A stretch of 63,170 nt of DNA from a virus (lineage: Duplodnaviria > Caudoviricetes), in IMG/VR virus record IMGVR_UViG_3300035701_000027, positions 1-63,170 of that record. One strand, given 5' to 3'. Both the position numbers and the translations under genes were made by a program. Numbering within the stretch: position 1 is the stretch's first letter; the number at the start of each line of letters is the position of its first letter. Of this stretch, positions 28,088 to 36,725 are shown piece after piece. The notes under the pieces are model-generated. The model made no database searches. It saw nothing but the letters and a program-made list of their open reading frames with translations, and was not told the origin of the DNA.

Positions 28088-30475
28088 TTACTCCTTTGGG
28101 GGTGGTTTCGATTTAAAGCTGATGGACACGCTTCCGCCCGTGGCCTGCGCGACCTGATCCACCATCTCCGCAGGAGACGGAGGCGCCTGTTCTGGCGCGG
28201 GAGCAGGCGCGGCGGCGGCGGGAGCGGTGGGAACGGGTGCGGAAGGTTCCGTCGCTGGCGCTTCCATTGGCCCCGCAACGGGGCCTCCGCCTTGATATCC
28301 CTGACTTTTTTCCGGCGGTACGGGGCCGCCTTCCATGCTACCAATGTTTCCGCCAACGCCCTGTGTCTCGATCGACGGCGCGGCGGCGGCCACTTCTCCG
28401 CCCATCGGGGCCGGAGAGGAAGGAACGGGCGCGGGTGATCCAGGAGCGGCAGGAGGAACGGTGGATGCCGTGGCTTTCGCGGCGGCCGCCTGTTTCTGCA
28501 TGTCGTCGTATTTCTGCGAAATGCCAAGGCTCTGCATTTTCAGGTTGAGAAAGTTAATCTTCAGGGTCTCCAGGACGATACCCTCCTCGATCTCCCTGAA
28601 CTTCATCAGCTTTTCCTTGTCCTTCGGGTTGAAGGTATCGAGGCTTTCGACGAGGGCCGAAGTGAAGACCTGACGTGTGCCCATGGCATCGGGCGGGATC
28701 ACGCGGAGGAGCTCGGTCGCCAGGGCTCGCGTGACCATCCGGTTCGTGGTGGACACCGGCGATTCGCTGATAACAACCTTGTGGCGCGGAAGCTGTGAGA
28801 AATCGTTAAGGGTTTCTCCGGTTTCGTCGTTTTTCACGTTGATGCCGATACTCATGGTGCTGATGCCGTCCGTGTACTTGAACCATCGCTCGACGCCGGC
28901 GATTGTGTACTGGATCTTGGCCTGCTCCATGTAGGCCTCGGCCTTTTCCTGCTCATAGCGCTTCAGGCTCTCGAAGAGGGTGTAGGATTGCTGCTCGGCA
29001 ACCCTGGCCTTCTGCGCGAACAGGTATCCTGATTCTCCGGACTTCTCGCTCCTGGCGTCGAAGACGGCAGGGGCCTTACTGATCCGGTCTGCGTAATCCC
29101 ACATTCGCGTGAGCTGATCCCTGGCGTCCTGCGGGAACTGCGCCTTCGCCACGGGACGGGGATCGAGATTCCGTTGCATGGCGCCGGGGGCTGTCCAGAT
29201 GATTTTGTTGGGCTGGTTGTGGAATTTCTCGAAGTCGAACATCTTGTCTTCGTCGTCCCCGAAAAGCATGGGATCGACGAGTTTCGCCCCGCAAGCCTCG
29301 GTCTCGATGATGTTGGTGATGAGCTCTTCGCGGTAGTTGATCTTGTACTGGATGTCCGCGAGAATGTCAACGATGCCCCTGGCCTTGCCGTTGATGTTGT
29401 CGGCAGACCACGGGAACAACGGCAGGCGTCCGATTTGGATCTCGCATGGCTTCTTTTCCAGAGGATCATTGGTGTCGAGCTGCCGGCAAACCGTTGTGAC
29501 CATGCACACGCGCCTTTTCTCCATGCGCTTGCCGATGCTGTCGGGTTCCCACGACGGATTATTCTTGTTCAGGAATGCGAGCTTCTTGGCGTAATCACCG
29601 CCGGCAGGAAGCGTGAGGCCGGTCGATTTGTCGTATTCGACCTCAACATCCTCCGTGACCATCTCGAATTTCCGGATGATGCGGTAGTAGTTGAAACCCG
29701 TGCCGAAGTCATCGGCCTCGAACATCGGGGTCACGGTGGTATCGTTGATGGAATCAAATTGTTCGCCCTGGCTCTTGATACGTTCGAGATCGCGCTGGAC
29801 GAAGTTGAGGGTATTGACTTTTTCCGGCCATAGCTCCGCGACCTGTGAGCCGGTGAGGAAACTGACCACCCAGCACATCTGCTGATCTCTGCCGGATCCG
29901 CTCTTCCACCTCGGGTCTTTGACGACGTATCCGGGAAGATGCGTGCGGAAAGCGATGTTTCCGAGCGGGTGGTACTTCCGGTCGATAAACATCTCCTCCC
30001 AGGCCTGATAGATGAGGCCGCCCTTGACAAGCGAGGAATAGCTGCCGTCCCAATCCATCATGTTCTTGTCGGAAAGATACATCTGCTTCAGGATTTGAGT
30101 GAGCTTCCCCTCGTCGCCTTCGACAGGAATGTAGTCGGCGTCGAAACGGTTTTTCAGGACGTAGCCGCCGAGGGAATCGATTTTCTGCGTGGTGATGTTG
30201 AAGGTCGCAAGGTCTCGGCCTTCGAGGAGAGCCTGCTGCTGATCGGAGACGGTGTACTGTCCGAGGTCGAGGCCGGCGTAGAGGTTCCAGTTTCTCTGGC
30301 AACGGGCTCGGTCGAGGTTATCCCAATCCCGCGCGCGCTCGAACTCCTGCTCTACGCGGAGAACGTCGGAGAGGATTCCCGTGGTAGAGGCGTCCGTGGG
30401 CACGCCCTGGGAGACGTTGTTGGCGAGGTTGAATTCCTTGTCCAACGGGGTCTGTGCCTGAATCTGCTCTCCCAT
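28088..30475 (-). CDS. Portal protein (P22/N4-like) with Pro/Ala-rich tail
   Basis: G-Q-Y...GR..TFNIT, RGIVDILADIQ..IN and SGESG motifs of podovirus portals; 795 aa. Confidence 0.85.
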   Translation of the reverse strand: MGEQIQAQTPLDKEFNLANNVSQGVPTDASTTGILSDVLRVEQEFERARDWDNLDRARCQRNWNLYAGLDLGQYTVSDQQQALLEGRDLATFNITTQKIDSLGGYVLKNRFDADYIPVEGDEGKLTQILKQMYLSDKNMMDWDGSYSSLVKGGLIYQAWEEMFIDRKYHPLGNIAFRTHLPGYVVKDPRWKSGSGRDQQMCWVVSFLTGSQVAELWPEKVNTLNFVQRDLERIKSQGEQFDSINDTTVTPMFEADDFGTGFNYYRIIRKFEMVTEDVEVEYDKSTGLTLPAGGDYAKKLAFLNKNNPSWEPDSIGKRMEKRRVCMVTTVCRQLDTNDPLEKKPCEIQIGRLPLFPWSADNINGKARGIVDILADIQYKINYREELITNIIETEACGAKLVDPMLFGDDEDKMFDFEKFHNQPNKIIWTAPGAMQRNLDPRPVAKAQFPQDARDQLTRMWDYADRISKAPAVFDARSEKSGESGYLFAQKARVAEQQSYTLFESLKRYEQEKAEAYMEQAKIQYTIAGVERWFKYTDGISTMSIGINVKNDETGETLNDFSQLPRHKVVISESPVSTTNRMVTRALATELLRVIPPDAMGTRQVFTSALVESLDTFNPKDKEKLMKFREIEEGIVLETLKINFLNLKMQSLGISQKYDDMQKQAAAAKATASTVPPAAPGSPAPVPSSPAPMGGEVAAAAPSIETQGVGGNIGSMEGGPVPPEKSQGYQGGGPVAGPMEAPATEPSAPVPTAPAAAAPAPAPEQAPPSPAEMVDQVAQATGGSVSISFKSKPPPKE

Positions 30476-30476
30476 G

Positions 30477-30749
30477 CTATCCCCTCGGTTTCTCGGGCGC
30501 CTTCTTGCCCCATGAGATTTCCAGAACAGGATCCAACTTGGAATCGACGAGCTGATCCATCTTCGACATCTCGATCGTGATTTCGTCGCTACCGTGGAAA
30601 ATCCGCCATACGGTTCCGCAGATCGAACAACGGAGCCCGACCAAGCAATGATGGGCGACAGCGATTTTCAGAAGGAAATGATTACAGCGTCCATGCCCTT
30701 TCGGAGACGGACAATAGACAGGCAGGTATAATTCGCGGGTCTTCCCCAT
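30477..30749 (-). CDS. Mu Com-like zinc-ribbon regulator
   Basis: VYCP..RCNHFLLK...LRCSICGT; first gene of the morphogenesis operon. Start moved to ATG 30749, downstream of the promoter. Confidence 0.55.
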   Translation of the reverse strand: MGKTRELYLPVYCPSPKGHGRCNHFLLKIAVAHHCLVGLRCSICGTVWRIFHGSDEITIEMSKMDQLVDSKLDPVLEISWGKKAPEKPRG

Positions 30750-30759
30750 CTTGCTTTTT

Positions 30760-30788
30760 AATATACCACACAATTTTTAAAAAAGCAA
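30760..30788 (-). promoter_or_regulatory. Sigma70-type promoter of the virion operon
   Basis: TTGCTT-17bp-TATATT with TG extension, enclosed by a 13-bp inverted repeat. Confidence 0.65.
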
Positions 30789-30842
30789 GATGTTTTTTAT
30801 ATTATTTTTGCTTTATATCATTTTCTCATTTTTGACATAATA

Positions 30843-31298
30843 TTATATATCCGCCGCAAATGCGGCGGGCTCCGCGACTTTTCCTGATTTCTGCATTTTT
30901 CTCCTTACCCATTCCGGCCAGTTGTCGGGATCCTGCATCCACTCGTACTTGGCGCCGGCGGGGCATGTGCAGGGGGTCATGTAATGGTCGGGCTCTCCCT
31001 GGCTCGGATCTCCGACGACGAAGACGAGGCCTGGATTTCCGTGGCACTTGTCGCATCCCCATTCCAGGCGTTCTTTCCCTTCCCTGCCGTGGTGCCTGAT
31101 GGCGCTGGCGAGGTTCCGTGGGAATTCCTCGAATTCCTTGACGGCCTCGCATCCCCTGATGAAGTTTTCGGTGAGCATGCCCAAGGTGTCCTGAACGCAT
31201 TGGTCGATCCACTCCGGACGGTACGGCCGGTTGAATCTGGCGAAAATAGCCTTGATCATGTCCTTGCGCTCGAGCTCCGCCACAGATGGCATAGGCAT
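30843..31298 (-). CDS. Putative helicase loader / replication protein with Zn finger
   Basis: Coupled to the initiator gene; CDKC..CTC motif. Confidence 0.5.
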   Translation of the reverse strand: MPMPSVAELERKDMIKAIFARFNRPYRPEWIDQCVQDTLGMLTENFIRGCEAVKEFEEFPRNLASAIRHHGREGKERLEWGCDKCHGNPGLVFVVGDPSQGEPDHYMTPCTCPAGAKYEWMQDPDNWPEWVRRKMQKSGKVAEPAAFAADI

Positions 31299-32140
31299 TA
31301 TTTACCTCCCTCGGCCGCGCGCAAACGGTCTGCGGCCTCGTTGAATGTTGGGGACGACGAAGAGGGGCCAGAAGAGAGGCGCCCAAAGCCACCCCCGTCA
31401 TCGCGCTCCCAGGTACGCACAGCGGCCTGCCAATCCTTCATCTTGTTCTTCCCAACCATCCACCCCTTGCTCGTGTAAAAGCTGTGCCAGATTTCAGGGT
31501 TGACACCGTTTTTCCGGATCAGGCAATAGGCCTTAACCTGTTCGATGGTCGGTGGTACAAAAATCTTGGCCGGCCTTACCCCCACAAACTCTTCATGCAA
31601 GGGAACGTCGGCGGCAGGAAGTGGAGGTTCCAGAGATCCCGATATTTCAGGATTCGGCTGCCCGATCTTATATTTCTTCTTTTTAATTTTTTTAATAGAA
31701 TCTTCAGACAAAACAGAGTCAGAAGAAGAAGCAGAAGCAGAAGCAGAAGCAGAGCGTATCCCCTTCGTATCTCTATTGTCTATCCGTTTCTTGAGATTTT
31801 CTCGATATTTCGCCTGTTTTTCTCGGAGGTAATCTGTCTTTGACGAGGCCCTGTATTTTTCGTAGTTGATGATTTTGAAGCCTCCATCGATACGTTCGAT
31901 ACGTCTCCCATCATCATTTTTTGACCTCGAAGTTTCGTCTGGAGACATCAATGTATCTATACATCTTTTGATCTCCGCAACATCCTTTTTTGTGATGGAG
32001 GCGATGAAGGTTTCGGAGACCGGGGAGATGCCGTCTGCCTTGCAGGTTGCGAGCAGTACGATCCAGACGCGAAACACCGCGTCATCTTCTCCCATGATGG
32101 ATGAGTAGATTATTCCTTCGTCGAGTTTCGTGAATCCCAT
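31298..32140 (-). CDS. Phage replication initiator (replisome organiser)
   Basis: GFTKLDEGI N-terminus; SASASASASSS linker; C-terminal PPTIEQVKAYC..FY.SKGWMVGKNKMKDWQAAVRTWE. Confidence 0.8.
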   Translation of the reverse strand: MGFTKLDEGIIYSSIMGEDDAVFRVWIVLLATCKADGISPVSETFIASITKKDVAEIKRCIDTLMSPDETSRSKNDDGRRIERIDGGFKIINYEKYRASSKTDYLREKQAKYRENLKKRIDNRDTKGIRSASASASASSSDSVLSEDSIKKIKKKKYKIGQPNPEISGSLEPPLPAADVPLHEEFVGVRPAKIFVPPTIEQVKAYCLIRKNGVNPEIWHSFYTSKGWMVGKNKMKDWQAAVRTWERDDGGGFGRLSSGPSSSSPTFNEAADRLRAAEGGK

Positions 32141-32265
32141 TTTGTCTCCCGTTTTTTATTGTTTGAAGAATTTGCATTATCGCTGTTAATAAACACCATC
32201 CATCCCCTACCTCCCTTACTACGCCGTTAAAAAAGGCCGCGTATGCCTCCAAGCGCGACCCCGGA

Positions 32266-32574
32266 TCATGGTTTGTCCTTGCCTCTCGCGGCCCGTTCCT
32301 TTGCTGGAACATATTTACCCGTTACCTCGTTGTAAATCAGCACCCTCTTTTTCTTCATATCCCATCGATGAAAATATATGCCGAGAACAGCCGAAGCGCC
32401 AACGGGGATAGGCCCGCCGAATATCCCCGGCGTTCCCTTAACGTCTTTTTTACAATTATAACACCACACCCGATGCTCAAATTCGGACCATTCAAGATGT
32501 CCGCCGCCGCACAGATCGCATTCGATCCCGTAGATGGGGGGTTTTTGGGTATAGTGCCATGTACGCCGTTTCAT
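32266..32574 (-). CDS. Zn-ribbon hypothetical protein
   Basis: CDLC...CYNC; ATGA coupling. Confidence 0.6.
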   Translation of the reverse strand: MKRRTWHYTQKPPIYGIECDLCGGGHLEWSEFEHRVWCYNCKKDVKGTPGIFGGPIPVGASAVLGIYFHRWDMKKKRVLIYNEVTGKYVPAKERAARGKDKP

Positions 32575-32891
32575 GGTTTCCCTTTCGCCCGTTCCTTTTC
32601 CGCCGCCGCCTCTTTTATCGGTTTCCACCCCCGCAGCACCCCCCGCTGCGCCATGTATGATTCTGCCCGCGCTACCATGTCAGATTTGATGCTGTCATTA
32701 CGGGAGTAAAGCGCAATCTGCTTATACAGGTCCATGACGATGTTTGCGGCCTCGTAGGATGTCACAAGGTCAGCGTCAAGGCGGGTCTGGGCTATCACGT
32801 TGCCCTCGCGCAGTTCCGCGTATATGCACCACGCGGCCACACACAGCACGATAAGGGCAAGGGCGATAACGTCAAGGGCGGCATCCTTCAT
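32571..32891 (-). CDS. Hypothetical membrane-anchored protein
   Basis: N-terminal hydrophobic helix; SD GGGAG. Confidence 0.55.
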   Translation of the reverse strand: MKDAALDVIALALIVLCVAAWCIYAELREGNVIAQTRLDADLVTSYEAANIVMDLYKQIALYSRNDSIKSDMVARAESYMAQRGVLRGWKPIKEAAAEKERAKGKP

Positions 32892-33256
32892 GGATGGCAC
32901 TCCCTTAATGCTTCGAGGTGATTCAGTACAGCCCAACAATCCTCTTTCGTACACGCCCCGAAATGCACCTCTGCCACACCAAGCAATTCTGACAATTGCC
33001 CGTATATCTCGTTCTTCGGCGGATAGTCCATCGCGTCAATCTCGGCATGGCATTGATGCCGCAAGCCCCGCGTTTCCTTATCGCCAGGAATACCAAGCGG
33101 TCGCCCGTCCGGGTGCGCTCCATGCGTCTCCTTACAATCCGGGAAACGGGAACAGCCCCAAAACGGGCGCGGGGTTCCGTCCTTGAACCTGAACTTATCT
33201 GTCTTGCGCAATACCATGGGCGCTCCACACGGACAAATAACAGGTTTCACGCCCAC
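32888..33256 (-). CDS. Topoisomerase-type C4 zinc finger / DUF3268-like protein
   Basis: CPCGAPMVLR..FWGCSRFPDC..HGAHPDGRPLG. Confidence 0.7.
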   Translation of the reverse strand: MGVKPVICPCGAPMVLRKTDKFRFKDGTPRPFWGCSRFPDCKETHGAHPDGRPLGIPGDKETRGLRHQCHAEIDAMDYPPKNEIYGQLSELLGVAEVHFGACTKEDCWAVLNHLEALRECHP

Positions 33257-33278
33257 CCCCCGGACGCGGCAAGGGCGG

Positions 33279-33485
33279 TCATGGGGCTACCTTTGATGAG
33301 TTTTGCGCGCCCCGTTCCTGCTCGTATTTTTCAACGGCTTCGTTTAACTCTTTTATAATTGCGTCCTTTCCCTCGATATTGGTTTTGGCGAGACACAGGG
33401 GGCACTCCTCGTTATCCCAAGAATCGTAGACAACAATTGTTGCGCTTCCTTTCTGGTGTTCCATACAAGCGATTATTCTTTCCAT
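33279..33485 (-). CDS. Small Zn-binding hypothetical protein
   Basis: CxxH...CPLC; SD AGGAG. Confidence 0.55.
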   Translation of the reverse strand: MERIIACMEHQKGSATIVVYDSWDNEECPLCLAKTNIEGKDAIIKELNEAVEKYEQERGAQNSSKVAP

Positions 33486-33667
33486 CTTCTTCCTCCTTTT
33501 GCCCCGGTTTATTTTATCTTACCTTTTTTCGCCCACGCTTCCGACACATGTTCGGCCTTAAATAATCCAACACCACGGCTTAACAAATAGGCTTTCCAGT
33601 AATCCCTGGCACGCTGTTCAATTTTCGAGACAGGTGTGTAACAAGAACAATACGCTTCAGTCGGCAT

Positions 33668-33835
33668 CTATTTTCCCTCCTTTGCCTTGGCCGGGACAGG
33701 GACGCGCTTTCCCATAAATTCACATCTGCTATATTTCCCTTCACACATCCATTTCCCGGCGTAAAAATGTTCGCAATCGCACGGTTTAGCGGCATGACAA
33801 AATTTTGCAGGACGGTTACAGACGTACAGCGTCAT
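33668..33835 (-). CDS. Cys-rich microprotein
   Basis: Six Cys in 55 aa; coupled to the upstream gene. Confidence 0.5.
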   Translation of the reverse strand: MTLYVCNRPAKFCHAAKPCDCEHFYAGKWMCEGKYSRCEFMGKRVPVPAKAKEGK

Positions 33836-34203
33836 TTCCGCCCCCTTGCGCGGGTGAGTGGCCTGTACCAATCAGGGCGCGTTCCCTTGAATCTGCGACA
33901 AGCCAGACAGGATCGGTCGGGATTCCAATCCGGCCCCCTGTCACATCCACGGCACGACTTCGGCCTGTCCACCACGCGCTTGGGCTTGTCATACGCATAA
34001 TCACCGTTGTTGCCGAGGTACTGGAAATTGCGCTTGGGCTTGGCGGCGGGAAGGGGCTTCGCTTTTTTATCCCTTGCCCGTTCCCACCGTAGAATTTTTA
34101 AAAGCTGCCCCTGCTTCAATTTTTCCCACGGCACATCAAGAATAGATACGTCCATATGAATAAGCATTTTTTTAAGCTCTTTAATTGTCGGGTACTTCAT
34201 CAC
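33832..34203 (-). CDS. Basic hypothetical protein with CxxC pairs
   Basis: CRGC..CLAC. Confidence 0.55.
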   Translation of the reverse strand: MMKYPTIKELKKMLIHMDVSILDVPWEKLKQGQLLKILRWERARDKKAKPLPAAKPKRNFQYLGNNGDYAYDKPKRVVDRPKSCRGCDRGPDWNPDRSCLACRRFKGTRPDWYRPLTRARGRK

Positions 34204-34358
34204 TTACCCCCTTTCACCGGGACACAGGCGGGACACGCCTTACCGTCATAATCACACGGCCCAATATGCTCATGCAAAACCTTGTGATGACAATCGGCCC
34301 ATCCCCCTCCCTGTCCATATGGACAATTTAGTTGCCGCCACTTCGGGCACCGCATCAT
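34200..34358 (-). CDS. Cys/His-rich microprotein (not in the ORF track)
   Basis: Manual translation MMRCPKWRQLNCPYGQGGGWADCHHKVLHEHIGPCDYDGKACPACVPVKGGK; stop overlaps the next start. Confidence 0.55.
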   Translation of the reverse strand: MMRCPKWRQLNCPYGQGGGWADCHHKVLHEHIGPCDYDGKACPACVPVKGGK

Positions 34359-34365
34359 CACGGCC

Positions 34366-34536
34366 TTACGCTTCATGGTCGGCCTCCGGGGGGCTTAATA
34401 TTTCTAACGGGTCTGGCTGTACCCATCCACATCCACCACAATCAGGGCGACATACATACGGCCCGCACTGTTGCATCCCTACGCCGTTATCCACAAAATC
34501 CCCTTCACATTCCCTTCCGCAAACAGGGCATTCCAT
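34366..34536 (-). CDS. Zn-ribbon microprotein (not in the ORF track)
   Basis: Manual translation MECPVCGRECEGDFVDNGVGMQQCGPYVC..CGGCGW; SD AGGAG. Confidence 0.6.
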   Translation of the reverse strand: MECPVCGRECEGDFVDNGVGMQQCGPYVCRPDCGGCGWVQPDPLEILSPPEADHEA

Positions 34537-34543
34537 ATTTTAA

Positions 34544-34801
34544 TCACTCCTTCCCGTCCGCCACGCCCCGGCGAGCGAGCACGGCGCGGATAACCTCGAT
34601 ATATTCGGGCAACGGCATCCAGTTGTGCTCACGTACCGCCTCCGCGATCTCCTCGGCCAGTGACAGCCGGGGGGCGGGGGCATCAGATATTTCAACCTTC
34701 ACAGCCTGCTTTTCAAGATTGTCCGCCAACCGTTCAACCGCATCCGTCAAGCGCTCTAAACGCCAAACATCCATTTCACCAAAATAAAACTCGTTACCCA
34801 T
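34544..34801 (-). CDS. Hypothetical protein
   Basis: SD AGGAGG before ATG 34801. Confidence 0.55.
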   Translation of the reverse strand: MGNEFYFGEMDVWRLERLTDAVERLADNLEKQAVKVEISDAPAPRLSLAEEIAEAVREHNWMPLPEYIEVIRAVLARRGVADGKE

Positions 34802-34829
34802 TGTCAGCCTCCTTTCCCGGCCTGTGCCG

Positions 34830-35021
34830 TTAAATATCTCCATTTACATTATGTTGGATACCCTTCCCCGGCTCCTCCACCCCGGCAGGCGCGGATAGGG
34901 CTTCCTCTATTTCCTCAAAAGCGTGTAGCATATCGTCAGAGGGAAACCGCTCGGGTGTTTCGATCCATTCGTCACGGGCCTTCATTAATGCTTTGCAGGC
35001 CGCTATCAGTTTGTCCATCAC
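34830..35021 (-). CDS. Hypothetical protein
   Basis: SD AGGAGG; packed operon. Confidence 0.5.
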   Translation of the reverse strand: MMDKLIAACKALMKARDEWIETPERFPSDDMLHAFEEIEEALSAPAGVEEPGKGIQHNVNGDI

Positions 35022-35641
35022 GCGCCTCCTTTATTCGTCCCCGGCGCTTGGCCGGAACCGTTGCGTTTAGGACAATTGGGATAGTGACCGCCCTCAAAGC
35101 CACACGTATCACACATGTCCCCGCCAAACTCCTGTTCCTTGCACGGCTCCACGGCAGGCGCGGGGGCAATCTTCCCTTTGCACCGGCATTGCCCTACCAC
35201 TACGACATGCACCCCGTCCGTATCCTCAAAATAATGAGGACATACCCCGACAGACACAACGGGCGCGGGCTGCGCGAGGGCCGCGGCAAGTTTCTTTTCG
35301 GCAATCTCGCCCTGCTTGATTCTTGTTGCGGCCCATTCCAGCTCTGCCCTTACGAGTTGTTGTAGTGAACACGGTTCGCCGCTGGAATAATGATAATGAT
35401 CGCCGCTTTGTTCAGCACGTTCAAAGTCCATTCGCGCCTCCTTGTTTTTTTCTCGGAGTTCTTTTAAATATTTTGCAAGAAGCGGCTCCGTGTCGTTATA
35501 GAGAGAGTATATTCCCTTGTCCTCGAAAACTTTACCATACGGGAACATAAGATCTCGCCCGATGGCTCTTTTGATCTCTCTATAATAGCGCGCAGTCCAT
35601 CTGCTTTCGCGCCACCGCCGAAACCAATCAAGCAACATCAT
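35018..35641 (-). CDS. Hypothetical mosaic protein with C-terminal Cys motifs
   Basis: 207-aa ORF; CDTC..HYPNC. Confidence 0.55.
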   Translation of the reverse strand: MMLLDWFRRWRESRWTARYYREIKRAIGRDLMFPYGKVFEDKGIYSLYNDTEPLLAKYLKELREKNKEARMDFERAEQSGDHYHYSSGEPCSLQQLVRAELEWAATRIKQGEIAEKKLAAALAQPAPVVSVGVCPHYFEDTDGVHVVVVGQCRCKGKIAPAPAVEPCKEQEFGGDMCDTCGFEGGHYPNCPKRNGSGQAPGTNKGGA

Positions 35642-36017
35642 CCTTGCTCCCGCCGCAATATTTACGCAGTATGGCGGCTATTTTTTCAAAGACCTCCGCG
35701 TTGAATTCGGCCAGGATTTTTTTCGCTTTGATTCTTAATGCGGCCTCGGCGTCCATTGCGGACTTGACCTTGGCGGCGAATTCGGTTCCGGAGGCCATTG
35801 CGAATTCCGAGATCCGCTCCTTGGCCTCGGTCTCTTTTTGCAGGCGTCTGGCGGGGATATTCAGACGGCCGAAGGTGGTGTTGAGATCGTGCGCGACCTT
35901 ATTTCCTATCCATGGCTTCGGGATCGGCGCCCATAGGTTTGCGGACGGCCTGAACATTTCGTCGCCGTTTTCGAAGATGTCGTCGTCGTCCAAGAGCAGG
36001 TAGCGTGATTTCGTCAT
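35628..36017 (-). CDS. Hypothetical protein, first gene after the structured leader
   Basis: SD GGAGG. Confidence 0.6.
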   Translation of the reverse strand: MTKSRYLLLDDDDIFENGDEMFRPSANLWAPIPKPWIGNKVAHDLNTTFGRLNIPARRLQKETEAKERISEFAMASGTEFAAKVKSAMDAEAALRIKAKKILAEFNAEVFEKIAAILRKYCGGSKDDVA

Positions 36018-36049
36018 TTGGCCTCCTCCATTTGCTACTCCTTTTTAAA

Positions 36050-36155
36050 GTCTGCCCCGACCACCACCGACCGGCTTGGCACGGGAAAGGGCCGGCATAC
36101 GCAGGAGGTTCCGCGCTCGACAGCCAGGGCAGTTGATTTCAGGGATTCCGTGCCG
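36050..36155 (-). ncRNA. Putative structured leader / antisense-type RNA
   Basis: CTGCCC/GGGCAG closing stem; CCGGC/GCCGG hairpin whose loop CCGTGCC is complementary to GGCACGG at the transcript 5' end. Confidence 0.45.
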
Positions 36156-36160
36156 ATGAT

Positions 36161-36189
36161 AATATAACTTAATTTTTTGGATTTGTCAA
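36161..36189 (-). promoter_or_regulatory. Strong sigma70-type leftward promoter
   Basis: TTGACA-17bp-TATATT. Confidence 0.8.
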
Positions 36190-36215
36190 GTAGCACCTAT
36201 TGTATAGATAGGATA

Positions 36216-36503
36216 CTACGGGTTGTGGTTGGCGCAGAGCCATTGGATTTCGAGGGGTTTGGAGTAGTCGTGGTGGTGCATTTCCGCCTTTTTTCCGCAG
36301 ATTTCGCATGGTTGTGGTTTGATGATGCCATGTCGCAGGGCTCGATGGGCGAGGACTCTGGCGATTTTTTTTTGTGGATTTTTGTGGTAGTAGCGTTTAT
36401 CGGCCCCGGTGAGCCGGCGCCAATCCCGCATATATGCGGCATGACAGGTCCGACAATACCTCCCCGGCCCCAGGTGTTCGTTTTTGCACCGCGAACATCT
36501 CAT
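36216..36503 (-). CDS. Small Zn-finger/HNH-like protein, probably leaderless
   Basis: CSRC..CRTC..PCEICG..HHHDYSKPLEIQWLC; ATG lies 6 nt after TATAAT. Confidence 0.65.
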   Translation of the reverse strand: MRCSRCKNEHLGPGRYCRTCHAAYMRDWRRLTGADKRYYHKNPQKKIARVLAHRALRHGIIKPQPCEICGKKAEMHHHDYSKPLEIQWLCANHNP

Positions 36504-36509
36504 GCCTAT

Positions 36510-36538
36510 ATTATACTGTTTCACAGAAACAAAAGCAA
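36510..36538 (-). promoter_or_regulatory. Sigma70-type promoter
   Basis: TTGCTT-17bp-TATAAT. Confidence 0.65.
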
Positions 36539-36688
36539 GAGAAAAGTGGGAGGAGGGGGGATAATAGGGGGGTGGTGGGTCTTCACTGTCAATTCTCCAA
36601 AAGATATTGTTTCTTGTGAAACATTCTCAGTCCAAAAAAAAATTGAATCATGGCCTGAGGTTTGGGAATAAAATTCCAATATTAAAAT

Positions 36689-36725
36689 GTGTGCGTATAG
36701 ATACGTGTGTGCGTATAGATACGTG
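36689..36725. repeat. 18-bp tandem duplication GTGTGCGTATAGATACGT x2
   Basis: Read directly from the sequence. Confidence 0.85.

Noticed and set aside
916-30580. Many long plus-strand ORFs (e.g. 9763-11217, 20835-22376)
   Set aside because: Antisense shadows of GC3-rich structural genes, with no motifs.
31720-31755. GCAGAA tandem repeat as a contingency locus
   Set aside because: An in-frame hexamer encoding the Ser-Ala linker common in phage initiators.
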